A stretch of DNA of 64,000 nt from Minisyncoccota bacterium (GTDB lineage: Bacteria; Patescibacteriota; Minisyncoccia; Phycocordibacterales; Phycocordibacteraceae), in contig JALHOO010000003.1 in assembly GCA_022842945.1 (NCBI GenBank), positions 14,458 through 78,457 of the forward strand. Direction: 5' to 3'. How positions within the stretch are numbered: the first letter of the stretch is position 1; each line of letters opens with the position of its first letter. The notes beneath the pieces are model-generated. The model was given only the letters and a program-made list of their open reading frames with translations. It was not told where the DNA came from and ran no database searches. Position numbers and translations under genes: made by a program. Shown piece after piece: positions 55,471 to 64,000 of the stretch.

Positions 55471-57253
55471 TATACGTAACTTCAGTATCATAGCTCACGT
55501 GGACCATGGAAAGTCCACGCTTGCTGATCGTATGCTCGAGCGAACTGGGACTATTGAGACCCGCAATATGCGGGACCAGGTGCTCGACAAGATGGACCTG
55601 GAGAGAGAGCGTGGCATAACCATCAAGATGCAGCCGGCACGTATGAAGTACGTGGGTGCTGACGGCACACCGTACACGCTCAATCTTATTGATACACCAG
55701 GACACATCGACTTTTCGTACGAAGTATCCCGCGCCCTCTCCGCGGTTGAGGGCGTTATTCTCCTTGTTGATTCAACACAGGGTATTCAGGCGCAGACCCT
55801 CACAACGCTCCAAATGGCGAAGGACGCGGGATGTGTGATTATTCCCGTACTCTCAAAGATTGATTCAATTGCCGCACGTGTCGACGACGTGTCTTTGGAA
55901 CTTGCGGAGTTGCTTTCTATTGATCCTGATACGGTGCTTACGGTTTCCGGAAAGACCGGCGAAGGTGTTACGGAGCTTCTCGAGGCGGTTGTTGCTAGAG
56001 TGCCCGCACCCCGTCCAAGTGCAGGAGGGCCCCGTGCACTTATCTTCGACTTCTCCTATTCCACTCATCGCGGCATAACGGTGTTCATGCGCGTCTTTGA
56101 CGGGGAGTTTAAGAAAGGGGACGTGCTGCGCTTTGCGGCCGCTGGAGAGCGTTTTACGGCCCTTGAGACGGGCATATTCATGCCCGACGAATTGATTACG
56201 GAGTCTCTAACGGCAGGCGAGATTGGGTACCTGGTTACGGGTGTGAAGCAGGCGGGTGTGGTTAACGTGGGAGATACGGTTATTGCGAACGCTGGATCAA
56301 CTGCAGGTCTTGAAGGGTTCGACCGCCCGCGTCCGGTTGTGTGGGCATCGGTATACCCAGAGAGCCAGGACGATCTTACAGAACTCCGCCAGTCTCTTGA
56401 GCGTCTGCGTCTCTCAGACTCCTCGCTTGCCTTTGAGGAAGAATCCTCCGGTATGCTCGGGCGCGGGTTCCGTTGCGGATTCCTCGGCATGCTTCACCTT
56501 GAGATTATTGTGGAGCGTTTGAAGCGCGAGTTCAATCTTGAACTTATCGTTACCATTCCCACCATCGCGTACCTTGTTACGGACAAACGCGGCAAGCGCG
56601 AGACCGTGTACACCCCGTCCAAGTTCCCAGCGTTCGGCGAGACTGAGGCTATCGAGGAGCCATGGGTGAAGGTTACGCTCATAACCCCGAACGAGTCGCT
56701 CTCAAACATGATCCAGCTCTTCCACGACCATGAGGGCAATGTGCTTGAGACGGAGACGCATCTTGATGGACGTATTGAACTGCGTGTGGAGATGCCGCTT
56801 CGCGAGCTTATGCGCGGGTTCTTCGACAAGGTGAAGAATGCGTCGTCTGGCTACGCATCCCTTTCCTACGAGTTTATGGATGAGCGTCCTGCTGACGTCG
56901 TAAAGCTTGAGATATACGTGGCAGAAGAACCTGTGCCAGCGTTCGCACGTGTGGTGTCCCGTAGACGCGTGGTTGAGGAAGGAGAGCGCATGGTTGAGAA
57001 GCTCCATGAGATTCTCCCGCGCCAGATGTTTGTGCTTAAAATCCAGGCACATGCCTTGGGACGCATCGTTGCGTCGCGCTCTATCTCAGCGCTTCGCAAG
57101 GACGTAACGGGGTATCTGTACGGAGGCGACATAACCCGCAAGATGAAACTTCTTGAGAAGCAGAAGAAAGGAAAGAAGCGCCGCGGGGCACACGCAAAGA
57201 TGGATATCCCCCAGGATGTGTTCATGAAGATGGTGCAGGACTCGGAGCGTTAG
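55454..57253 (+). CDS. lepA: Elongation factor 4 (LepA)
   Basis: IRNFSIIAHVDHGKSTLADRMLERTG and full-length collinearity with LepA, including the C-terminal domain. Confidence 0.95.
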   Translation: MEQSRNIRNFSIIAHVDHGKSTLADRMLERTGTIETRNMRDQVLDKMDLERERGITIKMQPARMKYVGADGTPYTLNLIDTPGHIDFSYEVSRALSAVEGVILLVDSTQGIQAQTLTTLQMAKDAGCVIIPVLSKIDSIAARVDDVSLELAELLSIDPDTVLTVSGKTGEGVTELLEAVVARVPAPRPSAGGPRALIFDFSYSTHRGITVFMRVFDGEFKKGDVLRFAAAGERFTALETGIFMPDELITESLTAGEIGYLVTGVKQAGVVNVGDTVIANAGSTAGLEGFDRPRPVVWASVYPESQDDLTELRQSLERLRLSDSSLAFEEESSGMLGRGFRCGFLGMLHLEIIVERLKREFNLELIVTIPTIAYLVTDKRGKRETVYTPSKFPAFGETEAIEEPWVKVTLITPNESLSNMIQLFHDHEGNVLETETHLDGRIELRVEMPLRELMRGFFDKVKNASSGYASLSYEFMDERPADVVKLEIYVAEEPVPAFARVVSRRRVVEEGERMVEKLHEILPRQMFVLKIQAHALGRIVASRSISALRKDVTGYLYGGDITRKMKLLEKQKKGKKRRGAHAKMDIPQDVFMKMVQDSER

Positions 57254-57278
57254 CTCAGGAGTTGCTATACTCAGAGGA

Positions 57279-57647
57279 ATGCCTCGAAAGTCCAAGAAAC
57301 AACAAGTGCGACAATTAGGTGAATACCTCTTGGCTGCTTTCTTGGTGCTGGTGGTCCTCGTACTTGCCTGGGCTGTGTGGGGTATTGCACAGAAGGAGAG
57401 AATCGCACGAAGCGCGGTTGATGACAGGAAGGCAGAGCTTGCTGTTCTCAAAGAGCGCAAGGCGGTCTTTGAAGAGAATATGGCTGAACTCTCAACTGAT
57501 CGAGGACAAGAAGCAACCCTTCGCCAGAATCATGGCGTCGCGAAAGCGGGGGAGGACGTGATTATCGTGGTGCCTCCTAAGGAGGATGAACTTGAGCCAC
57601 GCCTGCCATGGTACAAGCGATTCCTTGGATTCTTTGGTATTTGGTAG
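57279..57647 (+). CDS. Septum formation initiator-like (FtsB/DivIC-like) small membrane protein, tentative
   Basis: N-terminal TM helix followed by a coiled coil (ELAVLKERKAVFEENMAELS). Confidence 0.4.
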   Translation: MPRKSKKQQVRQLGEYLLAAFLVLVVLVLAWAVWGIAQKERIARSAVDDRKAELAVLKERKAVFEENMAELSTDRGQEATLRQNHGVAKAGEDVIIVVPPKEDELEPRLPWYKRFLGFFGIW

Positions 57648-57714
57648 AAAAGTCCTTTAATACAGTGTATTTGACATAATAGCAAGTATATGCTATTCTC
57701 CTAGACAGAAGGCC

Positions 57715-58428
57715 TTGGGTCTTCATGTTCCACTTCAACAGGAGAAGACTGTGCACAAAGCTTCCTATCTGGCAGCGGCTGCCGCCGCTCTGTTCATCAG
57801 CCTCGGCGCCTCGCCCGTTCTGGCCCAGTCCCACGACTGGACCGGCTGGCAGGCCACCCTCGGCGCGTCGTCGGTCGAATCCAACCTGGAAGGCGAAGGG
57901 TTCTACAATCCCTATGATCTGGCGCCCTCGGGCACCGTGGTCAGTGTCGGCCTGAACCATCGCTGGAACGCCGGCCACATCGCGCTTGGCGTCTACACGA
58001 ACGCCCAGTTCGGGTCCGTCGAGGCATCCGGTTCGGGCATTTCGTGCGAGATCAGCGACTGCGGCTTCGAAGAGATCGAGTATCGGACCGAGCGCACCAA
58101 CTATACCGTGAACGCCGGCCTGTCCGCCGGCCACGAGATCGGCCCTGTGCTGGTCTCTGTGCTCGGCGGCGTGACGGTGGGCGACTACATGCGCTCCGTC
58201 CGCTACGATGTGAACGGCACCGTCGACTACTGGTACGAAGGCAAGGGGTTTCGTGCGGGCTACCACTACGGCATCGCCGTCGAGTACGCCTTCACCGACC
58301 GCTGGTCGGCCCGCCTCGAACTCCGCCAGACGGAGCTGATCGAGGACGTGTCCGAAAGTCCCTTCTACACCGACGAGTCGGGATTCAGTCAGACGAGCGC
58401 CACGCTCGAAGCCGGCTGGAAGTTCTGA
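57715..58428 (+). CDS. Outer-membrane beta-barrel protein (Omp25/OmpA-like porin family) encoded in a GC-rich (~65%) island
   Basis: Signal peptide ending SPVLAQS. Alternating amphipathic beta strands. C-terminal ...LEAGWKF with a terminal aromatic residue. The true start may be the GTG at 57751. Confidence 0.6.
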   Translation: MGLHVPLQQEKTVHKASYLAAAAAALFISLGASPVLAQSHDWTGWQATLGASSVESNLEGEGFYNPYDLAPSGTVVSVGLNHRWNAGHIALGVYTNAQFGSVEASGSGISCEISDCGFEEIEYRTERTNYTVNAGLSAGHEIGPVLVSVLGGVTVGDYMRSVRYDVNGTVDYWYEGKGFRAGYHYGIAVEYAFTDRWSARLELRQTELIEDVSESPFYTDESGFSQTSATLEAGWKF

Positions 58429-58456
58429 TCCACGGCTAACTGGATATGAAGAAAAT

Positions 58457-58492
58457 GGGGCCCGTTGCGCATGCGCAACGGGCCTTTTCTTA
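58457..58492 (+). terminator. Rho-independent terminator
   Basis: GGGGCCCGTTGCGCATGCGCAACGGGCC followed by TTTTCTTATT. Confidence 0.7.
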
Positions 58493-58542
58493 TTCCTATT
58501 ACACCTAAAATGCTATACTGAAAGGACATAAGCAATACATTC

Positions 58543-58800
58543 ATGGAAAAGACAGTCACCATTTACACCACGCCAACGTGCCACTTCTGCCAGATGAGCA
58601 AGGAGTTCTTTAAGGAGAACAACGTTGCCTACACTGAGTTCAATGTTGCAAACGACATGGAGAAGCGCCAGGAGATGATTGATAAGAGCGGCCAGATGGG
58701 CGTTCCTGTGGTCTTCATCGGCGACGACATGATCGTAGGCTTCGACAAGAACAAGTTCGTTGAGCTCCTCGGTCTTGGGGAGGCTCCCGCAGCAGTGTAG
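58543..58800 (+). CDS. Glutaredoxin-like protein (NrdH/Grx family)
   Basis: VTIYTTPTCHFCQMSKEFF with the CxxC active site. Thioredoxin-fold size. Confidence 0.75.
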   Translation: MEKTVTIYTTPTCHFCQMSKEFFKENNVAYTEFNVANDMEKRQEMIDKSGQMGVPVVFIGDDMIVGFDKNKFVELLGLGEAPAAV

Positions 58801-58811
58801 GGAAGCACCAT

Positions 58812-58845
58812 AAAACCCGCGACCTGAATGGTCGCGGGTTTTATG
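58812..58845 (+). terminator. Rho-independent terminator
   Basis: AAAACCCGCGACC-TGAATG-GTCGCGGGTTTT. Confidence 0.7.
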
Positions 58846-58860
58846 CTACTCTCTCGATAC

Positions 58861-58932
58861 GCTCTCTTAGTTCAATGGATAGAACGGAGGTTTCCTAAAC
58901 CTTAGATTCAGGTTCGACTCCTGGAGAGAGCA
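58861..58932 (+). tRNA. tRNA-Arg (anticodon CCT)
   Basis: Acceptor GCTCTCT/AGAGAGC. D-arm GTTC-AATGGATA-GAAC. Anticodon arm GAGGT-TTCCTAA-ACCTT. T-arm TCAGG-TTCGACT-CCTGG. Discriminator A. Not in the ORF track. Confidence 0.75.
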
Positions 58933-58957
58933 TGTAAATGGTATACTCGACATACTC

Positions 58958-59269
58958 ATGCCACCCGTTGAAGGACACGCAGAACTAAAGAAACTGCTTG
59001 AAGAAAACCTGGCGGTTGCCAAGGACAATAACCGTCTCCTGCGGGAACTTCGCCGCAACGCTATCCTCGGTCTTATCGCAAAGGTAGTTATTTGGCTTGT
59101 TATTCTCGGCGTCCCACTCTTCTTCCTTTCGGCATACCTCGGTCCCCTCATGGAAGTCCTCTCAGGGCAGAATACAGGCTCAGAGAGCCTTCCTACAAGT
59201 ATTCTTGGTTTCCCCTCAGAGGAGCAGATTAGCCAGATACTTGAACAGTATAGGGCGGCAGGAGAGTAG
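58958..59269 (+). CDS. Hypothetical small membrane protein
   Basis: 103-aa ORF. TM helices in LGLIAKVVIWLVILGVPLFFLSAYLGPL. Confidence 0.45.
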   Translation: MPPVEGHAELKKLLEENLAVAKDNNRLLRELRRNAILGLIAKVVIWLVILGVPLFFLSAYLGPLMEVLSGQNTGSESLPTSILGFPSEEQISQILEQYRAAGE

Positions 59270-59317
59270 GAGGCGGGGGATGAAAGCTCCGTTCTAATGT
59301 GATAAAGTGCTGATATT

Positions 59318-59393
59318 GCTTGGATAGCTCAGTTGGTAGAGCACACCCCTGAAGAGGGTGGGGTCCCCGGTTCGAGCCCGGGTCCAAGCACCA
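59318..59393 (+). tRNA. tRNA-Phe (anticodon GAA) with encoded CCA
   Basis: GCTTGGA-TA-GCTC-AGTTGGTA-GAGC-A-CACCC-CTGAAGA-GGGTG-GGGTC-CCCGG-TTCGAGC-CCGGG-TCCAAGC-A-CCA. Confidence 0.9.
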
Positions 59394-59425
59394 GAAGACA
59401 CGTCAGTATGGCGTATAGTTAATGC

Positions 59426-60508
59426 ATGATCCGAAACATGCTCTCCTGGGCACAGCGGAATGAACGACACCTTGGCGCGGTGGTGTTCGTGTTTGGCTTT
59501 ATAACGGACATCATTACGTTCGTGTTTCTTGATATATCGGTAGTGAACCTGGTGTTCCTTGGATACCTTGGTCTCGCAACATTGTCGCTGCTGGTAAGCC
59601 ATATTCTTTCCTCTCGCCAGCCAGAGAATCCCTCAGTCCGGTATCGTAGCGCGCTCGTTATTCTTCCTCTCATAACGCAGTACCTCATCGGAAACCTGCT
59701 CTCAGGGTTCCTCATCTTCTATACCAAGAGCTCGGTACTCGGGGCATCCTGGCCGTTCTTGGTTCTCCTTGCGCTTATCTTCATCGGAAACGAATGGTTC
59801 CGAAAGTACAAGGACCGTATCGCTTTCATGGCGGTGCTCCTGTTCTTTACGACCTACGCCTATACGCTTTTTGCGCTTCCGTTATTTGTGTATTCGCTCG
59901 GCCCTCTTGTGTTTGTGGGAAGCACGCTCATAGCGCTCGGATGGTTCGCCCTGTTTCTGTTCTTGTTGTACCTAGCAGGAAGAGCGAAGCTGGTGCAAAG
60001 TTTGGCGCCAATTATTGGTTCGATGCTGGTTATAACCACACTGGTATCAAGTGCCTACTTCTCGGGCCTTATCCCGCCCATACCGCTCACGCTCAAAGAA
60101 GGCGGTATATATCACACCGTAGTTCCGGAAGCAGGGAACTATGTCCTCACCGGAGAGCCAGAGCGTCCGTGGTATGACCTACGGCCTGCCGTTGTGCATG
60201 TGTTGCCCGGACAATCTGTATCAGCCTTTGCCTCTGTGTTCGCACCCATACGGTTTGGTACGGTTGTGGTGCACCGATGGCAGCGATATGACGAAGAGAA
60301 AGGATCGTGGGTTACACAAAGTCGTATAGCGTTTCCTATATCTGGAGGACGCCAGGGCGGGTACAGAGGCTACTCAGAAATCTCAAACACTATACCGGGA
60401 GAGTGGCGGGTGCGTGTTGAGACTGAACACGGACAGGTTATCGGACAGATTAGGTTTACAATTGAGCGCACTTCTGTACCGCCATCCTTAACAAAGACCA
60501 TACGATAG
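59426..60508 (+). CDS. Hypothetical polytopic membrane protein with C-terminal soluble domain
   Basis: About 7 TM helices followed by a ~120-aa C-terminal domain (GEWRVRVETEHGQVIGQIRFTI). Confidence 0.5.
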   Translation: MIRNMLSWAQRNERHLGAVVFVFGFITDIITFVFLDISVVNLVFLGYLGLATLSLLVSHILSSRQPENPSVRYRSALVILPLITQYLIGNLLSGFLIFYTKSSVLGASWPFLVLLALIFIGNEWFRKYKDRIAFMAVLLFFTTYAYTLFALPLFVYSLGPLVFVGSTLIALGWFALFLFLLYLAGRAKLVQSLAPIIGSMLVITTLVSSAYFSGLIPPIPLTLKEGGIYHTVVPEAGNYVLTGEPERPWYDLRPAVVHVLPGQSVSAFASVFAPIRFGTVVVHRWQRYDEEKGSWVTQSRIAFPISGGRQGGYRGYSEISNTIPGEWRVRVETEHGQVIGQIRFTIERTSVPPSLTKTIR

Positions 60509-60509
60509 A

Positions 60510-60542
60510 AAAAGCCCCGGGAATACCGGGGCTTTTCTCAAA
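60510..60542 (+). terminator. Bidirectional terminator
   Basis: AAAAGCCCCGG-GAATA-CCGGGGCTTTTCTC. Confidence 0.7.
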
Positions 60543-60548
60543 GAAAGG

Positions 60549-61058
60549 CTATCCTGCCTTAACGCGCAGCTTCGTCTGTCGTGCCTTATCTAGTTTAGGA
60601 AGGATAAGGGAGAGGAGGCCGTCTTTTGCGCCGGCAGTACAGTTGTCTACATCAACTTCTTGGGGCAAGAGAATGGTGCGAGAGAACGAGCCCCAGAAGA
60701 GTTCGCGGGTGAAGTAGTCTGAGTCAACCACTGAATCACGCTCATCACGAGATCCTTCAATCACTACCATGTCGCGGCTTATGGAAACATTGAGCTCGTC
60801 GGGGCGTACGCCTGCCACAAATGCACGGATAACAATCTCGTTAGGAGTCTGGTACACGTCTACCGGAAGCTGTCCCTCGCTCTGGTCCTCCTCAATAACG
60901 TTCGCGAACGAGCGCTCAGGAAAAGCCTGTGTAGCTATTGGGCGAGAAGCACCGTTGATGATGGTCTGCTGAGGCAGGATGTCGTCGTCGAAAGAGTCGT
61001 ACCCGTCATCCATCGGGACGGAACCAGAGAGGCGGTCGAAGAAAGATCGTTTTTTCAT
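60549..61058 (-). CDS. Hsp20/alpha-crystallin family small heat-shock protein
   Basis: Alpha-crystallin domain PVDVYQTPNEIVIRAFVAGVRPDELNVSISRDMVVIEGSR...AGAKDGLLSLILPK. Confidence 0.8.
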   Translation of the reverse strand: MKKRSFFDRLSGSVPMDDGYDSFDDDILPQQTIINGASRPIATQAFPERSFANVIEEDQSEGQLPVDVYQTPNEIVIRAFVAGVRPDELNVSISRDMVVIEGSRDERDSVVDSDYFTRELFWGSFSRTILLPQEVDVDNCTAGAKDGLLSLILPKLDKARQTKLRVKAG

Positions 61059-61065
61059 AAGAGTG

Positions 61066-61779
61066 TTAGATATCGCACGTGTTCTTGGGTACGTTCCGAT
61101 ACCGGAAGTATTTTAAAGTCTCAAAGAGTGCGAAGAGTACTACGGCCCCACTCCACACCATGAAGAAGGCAAGGAGCGTGAACGAACCGCTTCCATCAAT
61201 TATAAGGAAATTGAAAAGGGCATGCAATGCGATAGCAAGGATAAGTCCAATGGTTGCGAACACGGTACGCACTACGCGACTCTTGCGGAACGAGAAGGCC
61301 AGTGCAAATCCAATTGCCGACGACGCAACTACATGAAGAAGCGTAGAACCAATGAAGCGTAGGTTTCCGGTGAGGAATCCTTCAGCAATATTTCCTCCGG
61401 AGAGCGGTGCAAGTAGGAAGAGTGCGTTCTCAAGTGCGGCAAACCCAAGTGCCACCGTAAGCATGTAGATAACAAGATCGAGAGACTCATCTACTGACCT
61501 CCTCCATAGCACCATAATAGCGGCCAGCAAATACTTCACGGTCTCCTCAATAGCTGCCCACGCGATAATAACCGGGATACCTGCGGGCAAGATGAGTACC
61601 GAGAAACGCTCAAGGGGAAGTACCAACGGAACCGAAAGAATACCGGCAAAGAATGCCAGTGCAATCATGTGGCGTGGCTCAGGACACCGACGATCCTCCT
61701 TTAAAAGGAAGTACAGCCATACAAGGGCCGGCAGAATGCCGCCGAGGAAGGCGTATATAAGGGTCTCAGTGGAGAGCAT
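61066..61779 (-). CDS. PrsW-family intramembrane metalloprotease
   Basis: Motifs AAIEETVKY, GFAALENALF and HALFNFLIID match the conserved EExxK, FxxxE and HxxxN of PrsW/CPBP-type proteases. Confidence 0.7.
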   Translation of the reverse strand: MLSTETLIYAFLGGILPALVWLYFLLKEDRRCPEPRHMIALAFFAGILSVPLVLPLERFSVLILPAGIPVIIAWAAIEETVKYLLAAIMVLWRRSVDESLDLVIYMLTVALGFAALENALFLLAPLSGGNIAEGFLTGNLRFIGSTLLHVVASSAIGFALAFSFRKSRVVRTVFATIGLILAIALHALFNFLIIDGSGSFTLLAFFMVWSGAVVLFALFETLKYFRYRNVPKNTCDI

Positions 61780-61789
61780 CCTCCTTATT

Positions 61790-63937
61790 CTACACTGCTG
61801 TCGCTGGCCACTTTTCCACCATCAAGAGTGTGTCCTTAGTTCGGACGCTCTTCCAGATCTCTTCCGTAACAAACGGCATGAATGGGTGGAGGAGCTTCAA
61901 GATATCGGTTAGGAGCGATAGAAGAAGTACCTTGCGTGAAGCTTTTGCCGCTTCGTCTTCGCCAGTAAAGATCGTCTTGGATTCTTCGATGAGTTCGTCA
62001 GCGAGACGGTGCCAGGCGAAGTGGTAGAGCTTCTCTGCAGCCATGTAGATACGATGCTCGTTAATATCTCTCGTTACATCTGCTGCGAGTGCCGCTAACT
62101 CTTCGCGCACTGCAGAGTCAGTCTCGGTTAGCGGCGCGTCTTTTGCTCCTTCAGTTTCTGTAAGAACATAGCGGGTGATGTTCCAGAGTTTGTTAGCGAA
62201 GTTCTTGTAGCCCTTAATCTTGTCCTCGCTAATGCGGGTGTCTGTGCCGGGTGTGTTGCCCACAATAAGTGCCATGCGTGCCGCGTCTGCACCGAACGTG
62301 TCGGCAATCTCAAGCGGATCAAGATTGTTGCCAAGAGACTTCGACATCTTGCGTCCTTGTGCGTCACGCACGAGTCCATGGAGATAGACCGTCTTGAACG
62401 GCACCGTATCAAGTGCAAAGCCGGTCATGAGAATCATGCGGGCAACCCAGAAGAAGAGGATGTCGTATCCGGTTTCAAGAAGAGCGGTAGGGTGGTATGC
62501 GACAAGCTCCGGTGTCTCTTCAGGCCAGCCGAGAGTTGAGAAGGTCCAGAGTCCAGACGAGAACCAAGTATCGAGCGTATCCTCGTCTTGTACCCATCCC
62601 TCTCCCTCGGGTGCGGCACCAACCACGATCTCCTCTCCTCGATACCACACCGGTACGCGATGTCCGTACCAAATCTGGCGGCTGATGCACCAGTCCCTCA
62701 GGTTCTCAATCCAGTGGAAGTACGTCTTATCAAAATGCTCCGGGATAATCTCAATGCGCCCGTCCTTAACCGGGTCAAGCATAAGCTGCTTCAGAGACTT
62801 TCCACGTCCTGGAATCTCCTTGTTCACGTCGATGAACCACTGCAACTTCGGCAAGGGTTCGATAACACCGCTGGTGCGCTCTGCAAGAGAAATGTTCTGC
62901 GTAACCTCTTCCTCCTTTTCTAGAAGACCTTCAGTGCGTAGCCACTCAACAACCGTTGAACGTGCCTCGCCAACTTTCATGCCGTTCAATTGTCCCTCTA
63001 CGGTCATCTTCGCGTACTCGTTAATAACCGGTATACGAGGAAGGTCATGGCGGTCAGCAATTTCCCAGTCAATCTGGCTGTGTGCTGGAGTAACGCCAAG
63101 GGCTCCGGTACCGAACGCTGGGTCAACCTCCTTGTCTGCAACGATGCGAACCGTTATCGGTACGTCGCAGAATACCGCTTCATAGGTCTTGCCAACGAAC
63201 TTCGCATAGCGCGTATCGTCCGGATGCACGGCAACCGCAACATCCCCCACCTTTGTTTCAGGGCGTGTGGTGGAGATGGTAATAGGGAAGTCCTTTGCAT
63301 ATTTAAACGTATAGAGCGTTCCCTTGCGCTCCTCATGCACAATCTCGTCGTCTGAAATGGTGGTCTGGCCTTTGGGGTCCCAGTTAACAATACGGTTGCC
63401 ACGATATATGAGACCCGCGTCATACATCTGCTTGAAGACGGTGTACACCGCTTTGGTGCGCGGTGCGTCGAGCGTGAATGCTTCGCGAGACCAGTCGAGA
63501 GACGCGCCCATAACTTTCAACTGAGAGACGATGGTGTCATGACTCTCGTTTGCAAAATCTCCAATCCGGCGCAACAGTTCTTCGCGTCCAAGATCATGAC
63601 GACTCTTGCCCTCTTTCTTCATGATGTCTTTCTCAACCACAGACTGTGTAGCGATAGCTGCGTGATCGGTTCCTGGAATCCAGAGCGTGCGGAATCCCTG
63701 CATGCGCTTGGTACGTACGAACACGTCTTCAACCGCAAGCATGAGTGCGTGACCCATATGAAGGCGTCCCGTTACGTTCGGTGGAGGAAGGACTATGGAA
63801 TAGGTTTCAGCAGAAGCCTCAGTTAGGCCATCTTTGATCATCTGGTCCGGGTTGAAATACCCACTCTCCTCCCACTCCGCATAGATACGAGCTTCGGTTG
63901 CTTTGGGGTCGTACGGCTTCAAGAATTTGTCGTCCAT
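61790..63937 (-). CDS. valS: Valine--tRNA ligase (short form lacking the C-terminal coiled coil)
   Basis: PPPNVTGRLHMGHA (HIGH region) and GRKMSKSLGNNLDP (KMSKS). Start is set at MDDKFLKPYDP (ATG at 63937). The track start at 63955 is a TTG. Confidence 0.85.
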   Translation of the reverse strand: MDDKFLKPYDPKATEARIYAEWEESGYFNPDQMIKDGLTEASAETYSIVLPPPNVTGRLHMGHALMLAVEDVFVRTKRMQGFRTLWIPGTDHAAIATQSVVEKDIMKKEGKSRHDLGREELLRRIGDFANESHDTIVSQLKVMGASLDWSREAFTLDAPRTKAVYTVFKQMYDAGLIYRGNRIVNWDPKGQTTISDDEIVHEERKGTLYTFKYAKDFPITISTTRPETKVGDVAVAVHPDDTRYAKFVGKTYEAVFCDVPITVRIVADKEVDPAFGTGALGVTPAHSQIDWEIADRHDLPRIPVINEYAKMTVEGQLNGMKVGEARSTVVEWLRTEGLLEKEEEVTQNISLAERTSGVIEPLPKLQWFIDVNKEIPGRGKSLKQLMLDPVKDGRIEIIPEHFDKTYFHWIENLRDWCISRQIWYGHRVPVWYRGEEIVVGAAPEGEGWVQDEDTLDTWFSSGLWTFSTLGWPEETPELVAYHPTALLETGYDILFFWVARMILMTGFALDTVPFKTVYLHGLVRDAQGRKMSKSLGNNLDPLEIADTFGADAARMALIVGNTPGTDTRISEDKIKGYKNFANKLWNITRYVLTETEGAKDAPLTETDSAVREELAALAADVTRDINEHRIYMAAEKLYHFAWHRLADELIEESKTIFTGEDEAAKASRKVLLLSLLTDILKLLHPFMPFVTEEIWKSVRTKDTLLMVEKWPATAV

Positions 63938-64000
63938 GTATACGGAATATAGCAAAAAAGCGCCTTATACGCTCGCAGGAGAAAGGGAGAGGTTGCCGCT

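Noticed and set aside
57577-58266. 229-aa minus-strand ORF across the GC-rich island
   Set aside because: It is antisense to the OMP beta-barrel ORF, which has a signal peptide and a C-terminal Phe. High GC content inflates open frames on all strands. Its composition (R/A/G/V-rich) is typical of spurious ORFs.

Overview
This is a 64-kb bacterial chromosomal window, probably from a small-genome uncultivated lineage. Most genes lack a Shine-Dalgarno sequence, RNase P RNA is compact, and two free-standing LAGLIDADG homing endonucleases, arginine/glycine-rich (RG-rich) N-terminal tails on RNA enzymes and a short ValRS are present. Placing it in the CPR/Patescibacteria is inference only.

Core content (names follow the feature list):
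- Left end, 1-11.5 kb: an envelope-stress/efflux locus with an ECF sigma factor, a putative anti-sigma membrane protein, DedA, a DUF1295 membrane protein, a sensor kinase with an overlapping receiver-only response regulator, a secreted protein, an RND pump and its periplasmic adaptor.
- 11.5-22.7 kb: housekeeping and envelope genes, namely a Pif1/RecD-like helicase, mltG, typA/bipA, a DEAD-box helicase and a DsbA-like oxidoreductase.
- 30.5-38.9 kb: msrB, a VKOR-family membrane protein, a type IV pilin-like protein and bcp; two HhH-GPD glycosylases (endonuclease III-like nth, MutY-like); a DinJ-YafQ toxin-antitoxin pair.
- 38.9-50 kb: RNase J, an ABC solute-binding protein, secG, groES-groEL, a LemA-family protein, a MazG-like pyrophosphohydrolase and htpX.
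- 50-64 kb: murJ, lepA, an Hsp20-family small heat-shock protein, a PrsW-family membrane protease and valS.
- RNA genes: tRNA-Ser(GGA), tRNA-Arg(CCT), tRNA-Phe(GAA) and a compact minus-strand RNase P RNA.

The most unusual structure is a 6.2-kb array (22.68-28.84 kb) of at least 12 direct copies of a ~34-bp element, consensus AAGGTTCCAACATCGTCCCAGACTGCCAGCAATA.
- Each copy abuts the stop codon of the preceding gene and sits ~20 bp upstream of the next gene.
- The copies delimit 10 single-gene units: PIG-L deacetylase, NUDIX, DUF218, two HAD hydrolases, a flavodoxin-like/SLOG-like protein and hypotheticals, two of them inverted.
- Most units carry their own TATACT/TATAAT box 6-9 nt before the ATG, suggesting leaderless transcripts.
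- The arrangement is integron-like, but there is no canonical attC symmetry and no integrase in the window. I regard it as a candidate undescribed gene-cassette system.

Other notable points are two AT-rich free-standing LAGLIDADG endonuclease genes that overlap the 5' ends of tRNA-Ser and lepA, a GcrA-like regulator, and two GC-rich gene islands that look horizontally acquired. One of those encodes an outer-membrane beta-barrel protein driven by a native-looking promoter.
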